From the IMG/VR virus record IMGVR_UViG_3300011952_000030: 9,822 nt of DNA. The stretch is one strand, 5' to 3'. Shown in pieces: positions 7,566 to 9,822 of the stretch; within the stretch, counting starts at the first letter, position 1; every line of letters starts with the position of its first letter. The notes under the pieces are model-generated. The model was not told where the DNA came from. It was given only the letters and a program-made list of their open reading frames with translations, and made no database searches. The stretch is from a virus. Lineage: Duplodnaviria; Heunggongvirae; Uroviricota; Caudoviricetes. The translations under genes were made by a program, and so were the position numbers.

Positions 7566-7811
7566 TCAGCCTCGCTTGTTTTCATTATTTCCAAAAACGA
7601 CCGTCTGATTATTTTTTGAATGGCTACCGCTTTTTTGAATTATTGTATGCCCTGAACTTTTTTTATTAACAATAAATGTACCTAAAAATGTTACAAGAAA
7701 GCTACCAGAAGTGAACATCAATGGCACACTATTGAAGTGATATGCAGCAAAGCCAGCGCAAGCAACGAATGTCAAAGAAAATATTCTAATCATAATTCGG
7801 ATCATAGCCAC
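7566..7811 (-). CDS. Small two-TM membrane protein (81 aa from GTG 7811, or 79 aa from ATG 7805), first gene of the AT-rich operon
   Basis: Two hydrophobic helices (about aa 8-27 and 30-48) followed by a polar Lys/Ser/Asn-rich tail. AGGA lies 8 nt upstream of ATG 7805. Confidence 0.55.
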   Translation of the reverse strand: MAMIRIMIRIFSLTFVACAGFAAYHFNSVPLMFTSGSFLVTFLGTFIVNKKSSGHTIIQKSGSHSKNNQTVVFGNNENKRG

Positions 7812-7899
7812 ATCCTGTAAGTACTGTTGTCATCTTTTAGTGATTCTTGAATCCCATACTATACAAAAGCTTATCCATCTTTTGTACAAGCTTCCGCTT

Positions 7900-7990
7900 T
7901 GAAAGTGACATTATAAAGTAACTACAACTTAGAGTGCATCCCCCTAAATATCTCCGATGGTGATAGTTGCTGGCTACAACTTACTTCCAT
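7900..7990 (-). promoter_or_regulatory. Putative promoter/operator of the AT-rich operon: consensus -10 TATAAT (minus strand, plus coordinates 7915..7910) and a perfect 10-bp direct repeat CTACAACTTA at 7922-7931 and 7974-7983
   Basis: Hexamer and repeats read directly. The -35 is weak (TGCACT), so activity is uncertain. The repeats are spaced 52 bp apart, about five helical turns. Confidence 0.3.
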
Positions 7991-8028
7991 AACCAACTAA
8001 CTGGCTTGCTCTGCGTTAATTAGTGCAT

Positions 8029-8085
8029 NNNNNNNNNNNNNNNNNNNNNNNNNNNNNNNNNNNNNNNNNNNNNNNNNNNNNNNNN
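8029..8085. other. Run of 57 N (masked or unresolved sequence) upstream of the AT-rich operon
   Basis: Directly visible. Flanked by ...TAGTGCAT and TGCATAGG... Confidence 0.95.
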
Positions 8086-8190
8086 TGCATAGGAATGTCA
8101 GCATTATCCGCTCTTGGCACAAACCAAACGACCACGCTAGCGCTAATCTTGTGCCACGAAAATGTCAATTCACATCTGAACTAATGCTCT

Positions 8191-8622
8191 TTAATCTCGT
8201 CGCTTCAATAGATATCGAACATTTCCCTGATAGAATGCGAGTATACGCTGCATAACTTCAGTCTTCCGGCACTCGCGACAGATTATGTTTAGGCGACTGT
8301 CGTAGCGGCGTATTTCTCCGTCAGGTAATGACCAGATAAGGTCCGGATCAACCACAGCAGGTTTCTTCACCTTTGCCCTCGAGAGTTTTTTGCGGGCGTG
8401 TTGCCAGTCCTTACGCGCCTGTTCAGACGGGAATAACCCGTAGCCGGAGTTGTATACATCGCCACTGGCTACCAGCTCTCTGGCAAGAACGCTCATCAGA
8501 TATCTAGTCGCACCTGTTTTAGCTTCCAGTTGCCGTAACGTCTCACGACCGCTCTGGCGCACGAGTTCCACCACCTGCCCTTTAATTTTTTCCCGCTCTT
8601 CTTGTGTAAAAACTTTTGCCAC
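8191..8622 (-). CDS. Hypothetical phage protein, 143 aa, immediately downstream of the replication initiator; possible helix-turn-helix
   Basis: GTG start at 8622 with a strong AAGGGGGA Shine-Dalgarno 5 nt upstream. Basic protein; a possible HTH (TLRQLEAKTGATRYLMSVLAREL). Family not recognised. Confidence 0.55.
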   Translation of the reverse strand: MAKVFTQEEREKIKGQVVELVRQSGRETLRQLEAKTGATRYLMSVLARELVASGDVYNSGYGLFPSEQARKDWQHARKKLSRAKVKKPAVVDPDLIWSLPDGEIRRYDSRLNIICRECRKTEVMQRILAFYQGNVRYLLKRRD

Positions 8623-8662
8623 AAGTCCCCCTTAAAATTACCTCATGACCTGAAATCAACAC

Positions 8663-9606
8663 TTATCCTCTGAAACCAGGCGGAATTTCTGTATCCGGTT
8701 CAGAAATATGATTAACACAACGCTGTACAGGTGAACGTCCCAGGCGGATGACCAGTTCGTCCCATTTTTCGCGGAGCTTTGACGGGCTCATGATGTTTTT
8801 TACCCAGAATGGATCTCGCTGAACCCGACCAAACATTTCGCAAATTTGTCTGTGGCTTCTGCCATCCAGCATCCGCATTGTGCGCACGTCATTGGCCCAG
8901 GCAGTCCAGTTAGGCTCTTTTGGTCGCATGATCTCGCCATCATCACTGGCTGCCTGTTCGTAGAGACCCACGATCCGCCCCCAGATCCACTGCGCACACG
9001 CCAAATCCTCCCTGCTACCCCACTGGCGTTTTTTCGCACTAAACACAACCGCGTCGGAGTTCCGGGTTAAAAAATCCTGTTCAGTCGTCTGCGGGTCCGG
9101 TTGCGAAGCTTCCGGACGAAAAGTGTTTTTATTCTCTGTAGTAATCTCTGTTGTATTCTCTGTAAGATCATCAGGCCATTTTGACCCGATGACATTGGAT
9201 CGTTTTGAACCAATGGAGCGTTTCATTTTGACCTCTTCCATCGTGTCATTTTGACCTGATGGAGCGGCGCATTTTGAACCGATGGATTCGTTCAATTTGC
9301 CACCATCTAAAAGCTCGCTCCCATAGTTGATCGTGTAGAAATTGGTCATATCGCGCTTTGATTTATTGAGCTTTTCACAACGCAAAAGCCCCAGCGTTTT
9401 CAGACTTGCAAACGCGCGCTTTAACGTTGACTCTGACCAGAATGGGAACTGTTCCAGCCATTGTTCCGTTGTGTTATAAATCCAGCGGAGTTGGTATCTC
9501 TCAACCAGTAGTGCAGTTGTTGCAAAACAATGGCTTCGTTTAAGCCGATTTTCATTGCCAGCTGCGTGTTTATAACCAGTGGGCGTTCAGCAAAAAGAAG
9601 ACTCAT
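8663..9606 (-). pseudogene. Lambda-O-like replication initiator (replisome organiser) disrupted by an apparent single-base frameshift near 9489-9503; contains the iteron origin
   Basis: N-terminal domain (MSLLFAERPLVINTQLAMKIGLNEAIVLQQLHYWL) is in one frame and its continuation (RWIYNTTEQWLEQFPFWSESTLKRAFASLKTLGLL...) in another. Both read as one winged-helix domain if a 1-nt indel is assumed. Could be a sequencing error rather than a true pseudogene. Confidence 0.6.
9177..9295. repeat. Replication-origin iterons: five copies of CATTTTGA(A/C)C(C/T)GATGG at 23-24 bp spacing, plus a degenerate sixth, flanked by an AT-rich repeat-containing stretch (9121-9176)
   Basis: TTTTGA cores start at 9179, 9203, 9226, 9249 and 9272. 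The adjacent AT-rich segment carries ATTCTCTGTA twice. Origin inside the initiator gene is the lambda arrangement. Confidence 0.7.
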
Positions 9607-9808
9607 AATTCCATCCAGCTTTTTGTTGGTATTGCTGTCGATACGCAAGCTTGAAAGCAATTGCTTTTTCTATAAGTTCGTCAGTTTCACGATCTACAAC
9701 GGCAGGATCTGCAAAAAGCAGTCCGGATTCCACCACATCGCCATATTCTTTATTTAACCCGGCGATCATGTACGTAATACTTTTTCCATCACTGGTCTCA
9801 CGATCCAA
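9587..9808 (-). CDS. Hypothetical 73-aa ORF upstream of the replication initiator; start may lie at or beyond the window edge
   Basis: Open frame ending about 20 nt inside the initiator start. No family recognised. Confidence 0.35.
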   Translation of the reverse strand: MDRETSDGKSITYMIAGLNKEYGDVVESGLLFADPAVVDRETDELIEKAIAFKLAYRQQYQQKAGWNYESSFC

Positions 9809-9822
9809 CCTGAAATCACTAA

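Larger units (their letters stand above)
2095..9822 (-). mobile_element. Lambdoid prophage fragment (replication / nin / Q region) lacking lysis and morphogenesis genes; extends past the right edge of the window
   Basis: Gene order O-like initiator with iterons, small genes, hok, DUF968-like, Q, terminator is typical of lambdoid early-right and late-control regions. The left boundary is set by the terminator and the convergent blc gene. Confidence 0.7.

Noticed and set aside
9177-9295. Possibility that the tandem repeats are a CRISPR array or a functional protein repeat
   Set aside because: Units of 23-24 bp with no unique spacers, and they lie inside an initiator gene next to an AT-rich segment, which is the signature of origin iterons. 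The SIGSK peptide repeats are their translation.
8450-9757. ORFs 8450..8635 (+), 8800..9048 (-), 8846..9070 (+) and 9530..9757 (+)
   Set aside because: Shadow or alternative-frame ORFs inside the 143-aa gene and the replication initiator gene, with no independent support.

Overview
This window looks like a decayed lambdoid prophage fragment in an Escherichia-like genome, carrying a strongly AT-rich four-gene operon that I cannot assign to any named system. Minus-strand gene order, high to low coordinates: frameshifted O-like replication initiator with internal iteron origin, 143-aa protein, N-run, the AT-rich operon, hokD type I toxin, two small genes, DUF968/HNH-motif protein (interrupted by an N-run), antiterminator Q, then an intrinsic terminator. 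No lysis or late genes follow Q; instead there is a convergent blc-like lipocalin gene and a DUF523/DUF1722 (YbgA-like) gene. The operon (5019-7811, minus) encodes a 2-TM peptide, a 198-aa protein, a 78-aa protein and a 574-aa P-loop/coiled-coil ABC/SMC-like ATPase, with overlapping start/stop codons. It is my main candidate for an undescribed phage-defence or abortive-infection module. All calls rest on reading the sequence and recalled family knowledge; no searches were run.
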